A stretch of 63,907 nt of DNA, the filler included, from Basidiobolus ranarum (taxonomy: Eukaryota), in assembly GCA_040143965.1 (NCBI GenBank). It is 3 parts of 3 records of this genome, joined end to end, with 100 filler letters (N's around TTAATTAATTAA, not from the genome) between each part and the next. Parts side by side here need not be neighbours in the genome. Positions count along the whole stretch, not along the records: positions 42,836 to 63,907 come from JASJQH010000213.1; 2 more parts are not named here. One strand, given 5' to 3'. The position numbers and the translations under genes were made by a program. The notes under the pieces are model-generated. The model was given only the letters and a program-made list of their open reading frames with translations. It was not told where the DNA came from and did not search any database. Shown in pieces: positions 50,879-63,907 of the stretch; the first letter of the stretch is position 1, and every line of letters starts with the position of its first letter.

Positions 50879-51893
50879 TCAAAATAGAATCACTTCAGGG
50901 GATAGTAAAGCTTGTGAGTATGAAGGTAAATACTCTTCCACCGTCTCGATCGGAGGCATAATAATCAGCGAACATTTTAGCACAATCGATTTAACTTTGC
51001 TCTTAGCTTCGAATAATATACAAATCTCTAGTTGATGCTTCACCGATATGAGGTCGTTGCTCATATCTGGAGTGATCCTGGGCTGGCAAGGAATTTTTAC
51101 ATAGAGAAGCTTGCTCACCAAGGAGGGTGGATCAGAAACAGAGTCTTCTCTCAAGGGGAACCAACGCTCCATCGATCCTTTCTTTCCAGCCAACTTCTCG
51201 AATAGCCCAAATTTCACCCCCAAAATTTTGACATGAGTAAACAAGGGCCATAAATTGAACTCTATGGGAAGTTTCTGCCCCAAGGTCACTACTTTTCGAT
51301 CGATCGTCATTTGATATTCTAGATGTTCTGGCCAGCTATTACTCATCATTATAGAATCGAAAAGGTCAACCTCGTTAGAAACGTGATAGCGATTCACTAT
51401 GATCTTCTTATGTGATCGTATTTTAGTATGAAGCCCAAACCCTGGCTTCTTCAACACTGAAGTCAAAGAGTATTTGACGGCTAACAAGCGAGTTTCTACA
51501 CTCTCGGCCATATCACCACATACGGTAATCTCGAAGGGGAAAGTATGAGTTCCCGCGGGGAGGGTAATTGAAGTTTCATGTTCGATACCGAGGAGTACGG
51601 ACTTCCACAGAGTCTGTGTACTCACCGAAGTCAAGGACCATATTTTGTAATCTATCAATCGAAATCAAGAGCGTTAAATTCATTTGGAATCTGTGAGAAA
51701 TACGACTAGACTACCTACCATATTTGTGAAGCTTCGAGCTTAAACTTAAAGAGAGGGAAATAATCTTGGTGGGCTTTTTCAAGTGAAGTAAGACATGTCC
51801 AGTTAGAAGAATATCCGGAGCATCCAGTGCTCCTCCCATCAACGTAATGTTGGTCTTGGATGGGTGAATTTCCAACGCTGTTATTTCAGTCAT
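50879..51893 (-). CDS. Alpha-arrestin (ART-like) 1, 2 exons
   Basis: LTGHVLLHLKKPTKI, LPAGTHTFPFEI, arrestin-C domain, LPSY PY motif. Confidence 0.85.
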
Positions 51894-53391
51894 ATAACTG
51901 TAAGAGATTTGGGGGAAAGTCTCGTTGTTGAAAGATCAAAGTCAATGTGGCTAGAGAATTGATATTGGTAGCGTGTGAGAGGATACCCAGGGGATAATGT
52001 CGAGAAGGTTGGAATTGTTTTCCCAAGAAGCACAGACCCGTTATTTATACAAATATCTGAATCTCGGAGAGAGGGTTAAGAAATAAGCTTTCGATGGTGA
52101 ACAAGGCTCCTATTCGCTTATTTTCGGAGTTCCTACAGATTCTGTATGGGAATCTCGTACCATTGTAAGGAAACTACTGAGTGGATGTGAATAAAGTATC
52201 CCCTTATTCCGTATATGGTCAAGTTCAAGTCCGGGCATCTAAAACTCTGATTGTGGGCCTAAAGTGATGATTTAACGTGAACCAGTCTCGTCTCTGTACA
52301 CTTGTCCAGTCAGGGCCATCTTCAGGTGGGACGTTGAGTATCTAAGGTCAAGTATGATCATTTTGATTCGCACAAGTCAGGTATGAGGTAGATTAAACTG
52401 GGCGCTACGTAGGACTTCTATTCAGAGACTAACCATTTCGTGCCATCCAAGGGCAACCATTTTGCACAATGTGCACAAACGTCATATCTGGTTTAAACAA
52501 TTGACCTTCTTTTTAGAACGAAGCTTAATCAATGGGACCTCCACATCCAGAGTCAAATTAAGCTGGATGGAGTCTTATTTAAGATTGAAGTTACCATCAC
52601 CACACATCTTGCCCGAATCAATCAGATGGCTACTCTAATATACTGCTTCCCCAACCACCAAGAATCTTTCTGTAGCACCAATGCTGATTAGGTGTGGATC
52701 AGTCTCAAAATAAAGTTTTTGGCAGCCCTCCTTGAATAGCTAAATCATTCCAAATCTGTCGGCGTTCTTTTTGATCCATCACATGATGGTTTTCAAGGAG
52801 CAATCCAATTCAATTCAATTATAGCCACAAAAATCCTCTGGCCAGTAGGGGAAGTTCACCAACTTGTTCATATTGAAGCTGTACTAACGTTATGCTAGAG
52901 TAATGACCCCAGAATGTTTACCCGTCTATGAGGTGGGAACACTGGGCATAGATTGGAGAAGATAATCAGTTCATGGGTTGAGCTACAACACAAACAAGTT
53001 ACTCTCTGGTTGGTTCTAAGCCTGTTTCGGACAGTAGAATCTCTGACTGGGTTGCTTCCATCGGGATAGCCACAAATGATGGTAAGCGCAGCTGCTACTT
53101 ATCGGATGCCCCTAATTAGCAACCCTTGTTTGAGACTCGGTCATGCAACATGCACAGTATATGGAGACTGTTCATGCTAGTGATACAGATTGATTGGCAG
53201 AACTGATATTTGTTTATTTTACACCTTGTAGATGGATATACATATGCACTCTAATAGAGGAGCAAGAGGAATTGAGGATGGTGTTCGTCAACTTATTTAC
53301 AGTGTACTGGGGATAATTCAGAATGCAAAGAGAAAGCGGATTCAACCCAATTATTACCAAAGAAGGGTCATCGAGTGTACCGCACTTTGAA

Positions 53392-54398
53392 TCAGTAGAG
53401 AACCAATCTAGGGGTTAATAGCGCTTGTGTGTATGTAGGCAGCTGGTCTTCAGTTTCATCAAAGGGCATGGTGATGACTAGCTCACATTTGAGTCTAATT
53501 GAGTTGATCTTTTCAGCCACAGTGAAAATAACCCTCATCTCCAATTTGTGTTCCACTTGGATTAGCTGATTTTTCAAGTCCGGAAAGACTCTAGATCGAT
53601 AGGGGATGTGAACCTGAATAAACAGGCACCTATTAACTGACGAATTCGATACGATATCATTTTTGACCGGCAACCAACGCTCCAATTTTCCATTCTTACT
53701 AACGACTTTCTCCAATATTCCCGACTTGACTTCCAGAATCTTCACCTCCTCGCCCAATGGTCGCCATGTAAACTCCACTGGGAGATTCTGCCCCAAAGTG
53801 GCTAATTTGGTGTCGAGCAGCATCTCGTACTCGAGATACTTCGGCCAACGGTTGGTGACCACAACCCTATTTAGCTCATTTATCTCCTCTTCGGCTGTTC
53901 TGTACACTTGGATCTTTTTGGAACTATGTAGGGAAGTACCTATACCGAATCCTGGTTTCTTCAAAACTGTTACTAGGGAATATTTAACACTCACGAAGTC
54001 ACTAATCAAGCTATCTGGTAAATCCTTGTGCAGCGGTATCTCAAAAGGGAATTTATGAGTTCCCAGTGGGAGCGTAATCGATGGATCCTCCTCAGCTGCA
54101 AGTAGTACAGCTTTCCACACAACTGTGGGTGTGACAGGCTTTATAGCTGATAATCCTAGTAAAGAGAATATCGATAAGTATATGGATACGATATTTGTGA
54201 CAGAGCACCTCTCAAAGACTTACCGTGTTCGTTAACTCTGGACTCGAAACGCAGGGTGAGCGATATGATTTTGGTAGGCTTATTGTTGATTCGTAGGAAT
54301 ACGTTTCCCGTCAATACTCCACCGGTCACGTTGACATTGGAGTTGACCAACCTAACCTTATCACTAACAGGACATATCTTCAACATGGAAGAATTCAT
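53392..54398 (-). CDS. Alpha-arrestin (ART-like) 2, 2 exons
   Basis: Paralog of 50879-51893: LPLGTHKFPFEIPL, VLKKPGFG, LPTY PY motif. Confidence 0.85.
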
Positions 54399-55670
54399 GG
54401 AAACAAAGGTTTGATCGATGGTAGTATGCAGTTCGAGGATTCTAATGGATGCGCGAAATGGGCAGCTGCTGTATATAGCTACCAGCGCATCACGTGCCGT
54501 GTTGTCATGCGTTTGGATAATAGTCTTCTCAGTAGGTATTATATCAGTTCAACACTCATTGGCCAGTATGAGACGATCGGATATCAAATAACTACAAGAA
54601 TTCACGGGACTTCCTACAAATATGGGTGGTTGAGTGCGAGAAAGGCCTTGGAGATATACTGGATGAACCATGATAATGGTGATATTGCCCTCAAGCGATT
54701 CTGCTGGGTACCAAGGTTTTGGTCAACAAGCCACTATCCGGTGGGAATACTCCACCCCATATTTTGCCAGGCTCATGATGATTGTAATATCTGGACAATA
54801 GATATATACAACGTATGACCGCTTGAATTATTATTATTTGTTGCTGACACCTGGAGAGTCATCTATTTCCACGAACCGGATTGCTACAAATATCCGAGCG
54901 ATCACGTGTCCGCTTCAGGCCAGATGACCCGTCTCCAACCATACTACTAGTTCAACGAGGCTCGTCACGGAGCCTCACATCTGCGAACTAATGATTTCCG
55001 ATACAATATCACAAAACTGGGTACTAAGGAGGAAGAAATAGGACAGGATCTCCTGAAACACCCCTTGAAAATAGAACCCCAACTCCGGAGAATATGTGAT
55101 TTAGTAAAGTAGCGAGTACTTGGGGCACACAAGGTCTCTGTGAACAGCGATAAATTTACACTCATATTTGGCACTGTGAGGAGTGGCTCAGGGATATCAT
55201 CTAACAGTAATCATGACTGAGTTTGGTGCGGGTAGGCACTAAGCTGCTGCGGAGACGTAATGTGATAGATTAAGAGAGACTCCAATCAAGGGATATCCCG
55301 GACAAACATAAAACGATAAATGGCAAAACTCAATGGCCATTCCGAGCTATATATTTCTCGGAGATGATCAGCAACCATAAATATAGTGCGCTTAACAGGA
55401 GTACTGGCTCTACACTTTGTATCGCTTTGTCTAGTCTGCTATTAACTTTCCTTGGAAATTAGCATTGATATTGCAAATATTTTTAATGCCGTTTCATAAA
55501 CCGAGCCTTTACTTAGTGAATAATGAGATCATACATTGTGTAATTTTGGGGACTGGGAAATAATTGGAGGATTCAATGTTTAGAAAAAGAAGTCATGATC
55601 TTCATGTACGTCACAAAGATGCCAAAAGAATGATGATAAATGCAAAAAGGACATGCTGCAAAGAAATGGC

Positions 55671-56315
55671 CTAAAGCTTATAATTCATGCGTAAGTGGAC
55701 ACGCCCAACTTGGTCGCCCTCTTGATTCGATAAAGTGTACCAATCGTCTATATCGCGCTCCTGTTTGATATCATGGACATCCACGACAGTGACACCTATA
55801 TCCCAGTCGTCCAGTTGAGTAACCTTGATGATGACTACAAACAAAAAATTTCTTACCAAGCTTACTATATGACCTGCGTATGTGCGATCTATCGAAAAGC
55901 TCAACGTAAAGTTTATCGTGCTTCTTGTCGAAATTACTAGATTTCAAGAGAGGTTAACTTCCAATGAAGATCTGAAAGACTCTAGTGAACTGGCAAAGAT
56001 CGCTTACAACTCAAAACTTTCATTCCAGATATATCGTTTATCGTGATCCAGTGTAGATGTTTTCGCCTTTTTGAAGAAGTTATTGCTTGTGTACAGTCTT
56101 AATGACGGTTTGATATCTCCTAGACCAGGTCAAACTCCCTTTTAGCGAGAGTGGTACACTTATAATCCCCCAACTTATAATAATACGATAACTTACCATC
56201 CGAAACTGGATTCTTTAGTTCAATTCCCTCCACTAAAGGGTTCAGTAAAAGATGTCAGTGAAGATTCAGGCAATGTAAACCTACCGTGTATATATCCCGT
56301 AGAGTGGTACAACAT
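55671..56315 (-). CDS. Small single C2-domain protein, intron-rich
   Basis: Spliced VEGIELKN..SDGDIKPSLRLYT...WNESFEFNFD...LYVELFD...DDWYTL...VGRVHLRM. Confidence 0.65.
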
Positions 56316-57314
56316 AAAAGTACTTCTTCTGATTGTCAGCTTGGGATATTACTTATGGAAGGTGGAATTCTAAACTCACCCACTGTAACTTCAATAAATG
56401 CGGGCATCGTTAATAATATTAGTGAAATAGGACTTTTAAATTTAACAAAGTATAGATTAAAACTGGCTGGTCAAGGCTTATTGTACACGATAATGTTAAG
56501 ACGCTCTTGAATACCTGTAGGAGATCAACCTCCTTTATATATATGTGTCAAGCCAGTGTTTCGGGTTGTTACACATTAACTCATCATTACCTTTCGCTCT
56601 TCAGTGAGTTACCATCCTTGGAAGTGTAAATGCGCTTGCTTTATGGTTCAAGTAGTAAACAATGGCCCTAGTTGATTACCTAAATGTTGAACCAGATAGG
56701 CTTATTTGCATATATGGTGAGTAAGTTTATAATTTCAATACATACCAAGTTGGTAATAACACGCTGCACCCCCCTTGTTACATCCCAATTGGTGCATACA
56801 ATATTCATCTCTACTGTTAGCAACCATAATCATCCTGGAATAGGGCGTAACACGTACTACTTGGTTCATCATGCAAAACCTAAATCCAATGCATTGACTT
56901 CGTAATTTCACTTCCATATTAATGCTGTTAATCAGCTCCAGTGACTTGTAGTGATGGAAGGCATGTGTCAATGACACTTCTGTAGCTACTATTTACCTTT
57001 AGAGTTTCTTGATAGTTTGTTCTAGGATAACATTCGCCCAATCAAGAAGCAAATTGGTTTTTTATGCGCTGCATCCATCCATTGACAGCAAACAACTCTA
57101 TTACTACATTGGACGGACATGCTGAGGGTGATTTGCTTCTGATGAGCAAACCTTGAATATAACGCATCACCAAACCTCTTTCATTGGGCGTTATAGTCTT
57201 ATCTCATATTAATTCACTAACAATATCTTAGTAACTGAAATATTTCGCAGAATCAGCCAAATGTTTATTCATATGAATGGGATTTAGCCTAAATACTCAG
57301 ATGGATGTGGCAAA

Positions 57315-57686
57315 TTACCAGCCGCCGCCGCCGTTGAAGTTGTTAAAACCATTGTCTCCATTCCATCCACCTTGTCCGCCGTTAGCGAAGACGATTCTGG
57401 GACCGCTGCCCCCACCGTTGTTCCTATTGTTCCTGTTGTTTCTACGGCGATTACTAGTAGGAGTAGTAGCCGCGGGACGTTGTTGCCATGGGAAGCCATT
57501 ACCACCAGTCAAGACATTACTGATTGGAGTCGCAATGAAATCATCAAGAGTGGCAATAGCAACACGAGCAAGATCACGAGGAATGTGGAACGGGTTGTTC
57601 TGTGGATCAGGTTGAGCCACGGGGGTTCCTTGACTGAAAACAATCATGGAGACCAAACACCCGATAGTCATAAATTGTTTCATCAT
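57315..57686 (-). CDS. Small secreted Gly/Asn-rich protein
   Basis: Signal-peptide-like N-terminus, low-complexity RRNNRNNRNNGGG...FNNFNGGGGW; upstream TATAAAA. Confidence 0.65.
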   Translation of the reverse strand: MMKQFMTIGCLVSMIVFSQGTPVAQPDPQNNPFHIPRDLARVAIATLDDFIATPISNVLTGGNGFPWQQRPAATTPTSNRRRNNRNNRNNGGGSGPRIVFANGGQGGWNGDNGFNNFNGGGGW

Positions 57687-58447
57687 CGTGATATTGGTGG
57701 CAAGTAGAGTGAACGGTGAGTTGAGGAGCAGGCGAGCGGTGCTTTGCTACGAGTAAACAAACGACTATTTTATAGTTTCCCTTGAAAAGACTTCACAGGC
57801 GATAGGAGAGTTTGAGCTTCGTAATTAGTGCATATAACCCCTGAAACATACCTGTTGCTGCAGACGAAGCAAGACTTGTTTGATCCTGTAAATCAATTGC
57901 TTCACTATCAATATCTACATACTATAAGCCGCAGGTGAAACCCAAACAGGTATACCTGCGAATAATGCTTCATCGTATGTTTCAGAATTCTAGTAATAAC
58001 CACTATACAGCTATAACATTAGTCACATTTAAGGTATCAGGAGAGCTCGATACCCTGAAACTGATTATCAAATCACATAAATCTCATATATTGTGCAATT
58101 AGGGATTTCACTTGAATTTCGATATTTAACTCCAAATCAAAATACAGGGGAAAATGTCAGTATCATCAAGAAGTAATATATGCATAAGACACAAGTGAGT
58201 CTGCACGATTAATATCGAACAAAAGGTTATGCTTGTTCTGCTGGACAATTCTTCGCTGATGGATGTTTATTGGTAAAAGTTTGTACAAACATATTCACTT
58301 ACTATTGCACCCCACTCCAAGAATATATGAGTGGGCAAATGTATGGTGAAGGTGTTTCTCAACAATTTATTAGAAAAAAAATGAAAACTAATTTGAATTT
58401 GGCATCACAAATACCCGAACCATTATATTGTAGAAGAGTTGATGAAA

Positions 58448-58819
58448 CTAGCACATGCTAATACGAAGATGGACTTCACCAACAGACTTTCCCTTCTTGC
58501 TGCTTAACACCCACCAACCCTCAATCCATCCACGCTGGGCGACTTCTTGTAGGGAAACAATGCACGATCCAACTTTGTCGGTATCCATACCAAACATCTC
58601 ACGGTCCAATAACTCAACATGGAGGTCTCTGTGGTGGGCATCGAACTTCAATGTGAATGTCTCATTGTACACTGGGTTGGTATCGTTACGGCGGGATGAG
58701 GGCTTTTCCTTAGAAGTGATTCCGCGGCCGGTGTATAGTTTGAAGATAGGATCGATTTTGGCGAACAAATCGTTGTTCTTGAGATTACGACCTTCGATGA
58801 CGGGGACTTGGACAGGCAT
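58448..58819 (-). CDS. Small single C2-domain protein, intronless
   Basis: VIEGRNLKNNDLFAKIDP, NPVYNETF, VELLD, WWVL...GEVHL. Confidence 0.85.
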   Translation of the reverse strand: MPVQVPVIEGRNLKNNDLFAKIDPIFKLYTGRGITSKEKPSSRRNDTNPVYNETFTLKFDAHHRDLHVELLDREMFGMDTDKVGSCIVSLQEVAQRGWIEGWWVLSSKKGKSVGEVHLRISMC

Positions 58820-60914
58820 ACTGAATTGCTGACGTTGATGGAGTGCCGAGGTGCACCGAGGGCCTTTTTAAATGTTTTCTTCAATACAATAATAAGAAAG
58901 GGTTTGATCTGGCTTTGAGGAGATCTGGCTACTGAATATGCTTGTAAGACATTATGCTTCTGTAATTAGATGCAGCTCGATTGAATTCACCAATCTGTAG
59001 AATGTTATGTTACACAGCGTGATGATTTTTGTCAACAATCAGCCACGGATATTCATAACTGTACTTTACTATCCCAACACAATCTCTACGCCAGGATTCA
59101 AGCCTCTCAAGTGAAAGATGATAACTAGAAGCTCTCTTGAGATTTCTCAAAAGAAATCGAATATTTTTTTTGTTACTTCCCAACACCGACAACTGGTTCC
59201 GAGCGAATACGAAATCAGGAATATCCGAAGAAACCGGAATTCCTTTCTATAAGTAGTCTCAACATACTAAATTCAAGCAGCCTTTAATGCTGTACACACC
59301 AGCATAGAAACGTTCATTTTCTGCAATCATATTGGGTGATGCTCAAACAAATGAGCATTCTGTCAATTGTATTATAATGTACTCTTGACCTACATGATAT
59401 TTATAGACATTCTAAATATAAATAGCCAGTCACTATTACCTCTGGAGCGTGTATACTGGCTCCTGCTTATCAAAGTGAATACTTTGCTTCCAGGACTACT
59501 TTACATGTACATGTCCTCATGTTGCCTATCCTTATAGAAACATCAGATATTTTCTGGTATGTATATGTATACATAGAGTGCAGTATCGGAGAAGTTGGGT
59601 TACTTGAACTTTAATGGTAAAGGCTAATGATTTGCTGAATAATTTTATATTACTTGTGTACGACTTTCTTTCTCTGAATTCTTCTAATTAGTAAATAAAT
59701 CCATGTTCCTCTTTTCGATGATTGTCAAGTGATAGTGTATTGTAACTGCACCTTCTGAAAAACATTACTTTATTCAGTAAAATAGGCTAGATTGAATATG
59801 CTTCTGTTAACAACGTTGAACGTCGTTTTCATATTGAAGAGTGATTTTGTTGATTTCTTTTTTTCAAGATATAATTTTTTGTAATCGAACAGCTTGCTGT
59901 AGCCCGGATATGACGAATCGTTCAGTTCCCACTTAACACAGTTAATACTGGTTTTGAAATTTCGTAAATATATGAGTTGGACTGCTAATCCCGGTTCTTT
60001 CGAGTTTAGAGATGAGAGATGTGAGCAGATTGAAAACTCAGTATTTGTTCACTATTGACTTCTCATACTCGCACTCTAAATCTGCCGGAGTTACTATGGT
60101 TAGTACTGGGAGCAGGACCCGTGCTGCTCAGCTAGAGGAAAGCTGCCACTCTGCCGTACGCAAGCCAAACAATCTTGAGCATACCTAAAATGGTAGCCGA
60201 ATTAATTGCCAAGAGTAAACACGTGACCTTGCCTTGATTCTTCAATATTTGGAGTCCTCATTACATATATCTATGATTCCATTTCGGCAATAAATCCACG
60301 AGAACTACCGCAACTCCATAATTACTGGAGAGCTATTTTGACGTTTCTTGGGTTGTCCAATATGGCAACAGATAACATCCCACCCTACAATTGTGGTGAC
60401 CAGATGCCTTGTATAGTCCATGAATATGCAGAGGTGTGAAATCGCTTGGCATCAGGTCGTCTCGTGCTCATTAGTCAAGAAAGAGTGCTGAAACAAATGT
60501 CAAGAACCTAATGAATGAATGCTGATCGGCAGTTTTCATCATTTGTTGTAGGCGCATGCTATTAACAAAGTGAATGACGTGCCCATGGTTAAATTAGGCA
60601 TCTGATTACATTTATGGGTTCCAATCTAAGAATTAGAGTACATCATAATAGACAACATATTACCAATGACTACAATTGCTACTATAGTCATTGTTCACGA
60701 TCAGTTCCTGATTCATATCACTCACCCTCACCTTACATTTCTCCCCCTCCTTACTATATTCGAAACACACGTTCTTGGCATTTTGGTCATTAACAGTGAG
60801 CAGAGGCACAGTTCTGGATTTTGCCTCTTATTTTTAATTTCATATCTTTAAGCTTCGTCCTCTAAACGAAGCCATACATATCACACAATAATTCCATAGC
60901 AACTATACAATATC

Positions 60915-63031
60915 ATGCAATCCTTACCGAACCTTCAACTAGATCAGGCGTTCAATCTATTTAATAGCACATACTCTAGCTTACATCATATGTATCATTA
61001 CCTACCGGGTTCATCCTTCCTTTTACGTTACATTAAGAATTCTTATCAAAACGACCCATTTCGAGTGGTATTGGAACTCTTTCTGGTCTTCTTCGCTATA
61101 AAATACTTGCTCTCTAAAAAATATAACATTGAGAATAATGATGTCCAGTTAACTGAAGAGGTAATTTATTGCAACAATGTTATACACCTGCGCATCCTTT
61201 CTAAATATCTTTAAAAATATTCTTATCAGGAAATTGATGAATTAGTGGATGTTTGGCAACCTGAACCTTTGGTACCAACCCTAAGTACTTCAGACAAAGA
61301 GATTTTGGATAGTGTTCCAATAACTGTTGGGTAAGGATCAGACTAAGTCTTTCACTCTATATTTCATCGTCTGACTATGTTCCTTTGACATTAAAGTCCA
61401 CCTGGTGCTCGGCAAAAAATGCGAAATGGAAAAACTCTTGTCAACATGGCCGCATTCAATTTCCTAGGCTTTCTAGGAAACGAGACACTCAAAGTATGCT
61501 TGTACTCTATTAAGATATATTAGATAGCACCCTTACATATCCTAAATAGGCTGGGGCCGTTCGTACACTTCGTAAATATGGTGTTGGCTCTTGTGGACCC
61601 CCTGGCTTTTATGGAACTTTAGGTATTTCTTGCCAGCATATTAATGGTTCTCAATATGTACTCAATTATCTCGATAGATGTTCACAAGCTACTTGAAAAA
61701 GATATTGCGAATTTTTTGGGGACTGAGGATGCTATTGTTTACTCCCAAGGATTCTCTACCATATCCAGTGTGATTCCTGCATATGCTAAACGTGGTGATC
61801 TAATCGTTTGGTAAATTATCATAGATATCAGCAGCATCGTATAAACCATATTCTTACCACTTTGTTGTTAGTGATGAGGGTGCCAATTTTGCCATTCAAA
61901 AAGGGATTCAAATCTCGCGTAGTAATGTTCGTTATTTCAAGCATAACGATATGAACGATTTAGAGCGTGTCCTCGATGGTATTCTTCGTGAAGATCTAAT
62001 CGTAAGATTTCTAGAGTCACTTTGGTTTTCACTTTACTCATTGCATAATTAACAATCATTAATATACGATAATCATTCAGACAAAACGACCGCTCACTCG
62101 CCGGTTTATTGTTGTTGAAGGCCTCTCCCTAAATTATGGAGATATTGCCCCACTCAAGAAATTAGTAAGGCATTCATGTCGCTAATGTTATCATATTTCC
62201 GCTAACAAATCCTTTGCAGATCGAAATCAAACATACATACAAATATCGGATTATTTTGGACGAAAGTTTGTCATTTGGAGTCCTTGGTAAACGTGGAGCT
62301 GGTCTCACCGACCATTTTAACGTTCCGGTTTGTTGTACTCAACTATACGTAAGATTCTAGCCCGATTCTAATTCATACATACCCAGATTGAAGATATCGA
62401 TTTGCTCGTAGGTTCTATGTGTCATGCCCTCACCTCTTCTGGTGGCTTCTGTGCTGGCAGTAGAGAAATTGTCGATCATCAGAGATTATCCGGCTTGGCA
62501 TACACCTATTCCGCTTCACTACCTGCTGTTTTAGCCGTATGTGCACGTGAAGGATTAGCCATTCTACAAAAGGAAAACCAAGTATTATCTACGTTACGAA
62601 GTAATATAGCGGTATTCAAATCGATTGTAGAAAAGATCCCTAGCATCACTCTTGGAGACACATCAGAAAACTCTCCAATCTTACACATCAGAATCCGTCA
62701 TGATCTGGTAGTCAAACTAGATATGACAATTAGTGAACAAGGAAAGAAATTGCAAGAAATTGTACGTGAAGTAAGTGCTGATTATTGTGTTCATTCGTCT
62801 GTTGATTGTTTCCATGGAACACTTTGATTCCTAACATGAGCGTATTTACCTTAGGTTGGTCGCGATGGATATCTTATCACACGTGCCATTTATGTTTCTG
62901 AACAGGAACTATTCCTTCCTAAGCCAAGTATAAGAATATGCATCTCCGCTGCACACACCAGACGAGAGATTGAGAAAGCAGCGAGTTCGATCAAAACTGC
63001 AGCTTCCAAGATATTTGGCAAGCGTGTATAA
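60915..63031 (+). CDS. LCB1: Serine palmitoyltransferase subunit 1, multi-exon
   Basis: [75 protein letters not shown]. Confidence 0.95.
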
Positions 63032-63499
63032 CTTTGCAGTAGGCAATGTATTTTAATCTACTGGCGTGTACTTATTTTTGACCCATACCATACCATGGTT
63101 ATGCCAGCTCATGTACTAGCTATAGCTTGTTCATGTATATCCATTTAATCCTTTTATTTCATTGTAACTAATTATTGTTGCTTGTCAACCTTGAATCGTA
63201 CAAGTAACACACATCTACCCGAACCTTCGTATACTGCTTATTAACACTTATCTTATCATTCAATATTGATTGCCATGATATTCAATAAAATTATGATTTA
63301 TCCCTAATGAAATTCATGTTTACGAAGTCAATTTTAACCATCCCTATTCAACCAATACAACTGCTACGCACTCCAGTTTTATTTATTAACCCCCTTGTTG
63401 AAACAGAGTTGTATCACACTTCAAACATCTCGAAACAACAAACCTCTAAATAGCATCAGTATCTTTGATGGAATGTGACTATCAGAATATCAACTAGCT

Positions 63500-63907
63500 A
63501 TGCGCAACTCACTCATTATCGCAATCCTATCATCAGTATGTTATGTCACAGCACAAACCCCAGTACTTACGGTAACATATCCAGATGGAAAGTCTGTAAA
63601 TCCTGGAGATGAACTCACACTTGAAGAGACTCAAAAGCAACCGAGTATCCACTTCGACGCCGAAGCTAATGCAAAATACACTTTGATCTTTGCCGACCCT
63701 GATGCCCCTTCTCGTTCCAATCACACCCTGGGAGAATTTAGGCACTGGCTAGTTGGAAATATCCCTGGAAACGATATCGCCAAAGGGGATATAATCACCG
63801 CCTATCTGGGCCCAGCCGCACCACCTGGGACAGGTTTTCATAGATATACTTTCAAGCTCTACCGACAAGAGGGAACCAATCATTACCAAAGACTGCCTGA
63901 AAATGGT
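63500..63907 (+). CDS. Secreted PEBP/RKIP-family protein (runs off window end)
   Basis: MRNSLIIAILSSVCYVTA signal peptide, YTLIFADPDAPSR, FRHWLVGNIPG, YLGPAAPPGTGFHRY. Confidence 0.9.
   Translation, partial: MRNSLIIAILSSVCYVTAQTPVLTVTYPDGKSVNPGDELTLEETQKQPSIHFDAEANAKYTLIFADPDAPSRSNHTLGEFRHWLVGNIPGNDIAKGDIITAYLGPAAPPGTGFHRYTFKLYRQEGTNHYQRLPENG

Overview
Eukaryotic, intron-rich fungal DNA, inferred to come from an early-diverging (non-Dikarya) lineage because it retains U12-type introns. It consists of three pieces joined by artificial 100-nt N/TTAATTAATTAA/N spacers (21326-21425, 42736-42835). Piece 1 (1-21325) is a nested stack of decayed, almost CpG-free transposons: Ty3/gypsy, several Ty1/copia copies with half-tRNA(iMet)-type primer sites, and a CACTA/EnSpm(CMC)-like DNA transposon with CCCCTA termini and a divergent second ORF. 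Piece 2 (21426-42735) holds the 3' end of a PDR-type ABC transporter, a HARE-HTH (ASXL N-terminal-like) protein ending in an RVxF motif, three syntaxin paralogs, a SAM synthetase pseudogene, a PTM1/TMEM87-like 7TM gene, an alpha/beta hydrolase, and a non-catalytic-looking hexokinase cut off by transposon DNA. Piece 3 (42836-63907) holds a kynurenine-type aminotransferase, an NFX1/FAP1-like gene, two alpha-arrestins, two small C2 proteins, a small secreted Gly/Asn-rich protein, LCB1 and a secreted PEBP. Highlights: three minor-spliceosome introns (two consecutive AT-AC introns in the PTM1-like gene, and a GT-AG U12 intron in one syntaxin whose positional homologs in the two neighbouring paralogs are U2-type); the HARE-HTH+RVxF protein; and the sharp CpG-depletion boundary on repeats. 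All family assignments come from recognising motifs by eye, not from database searches.
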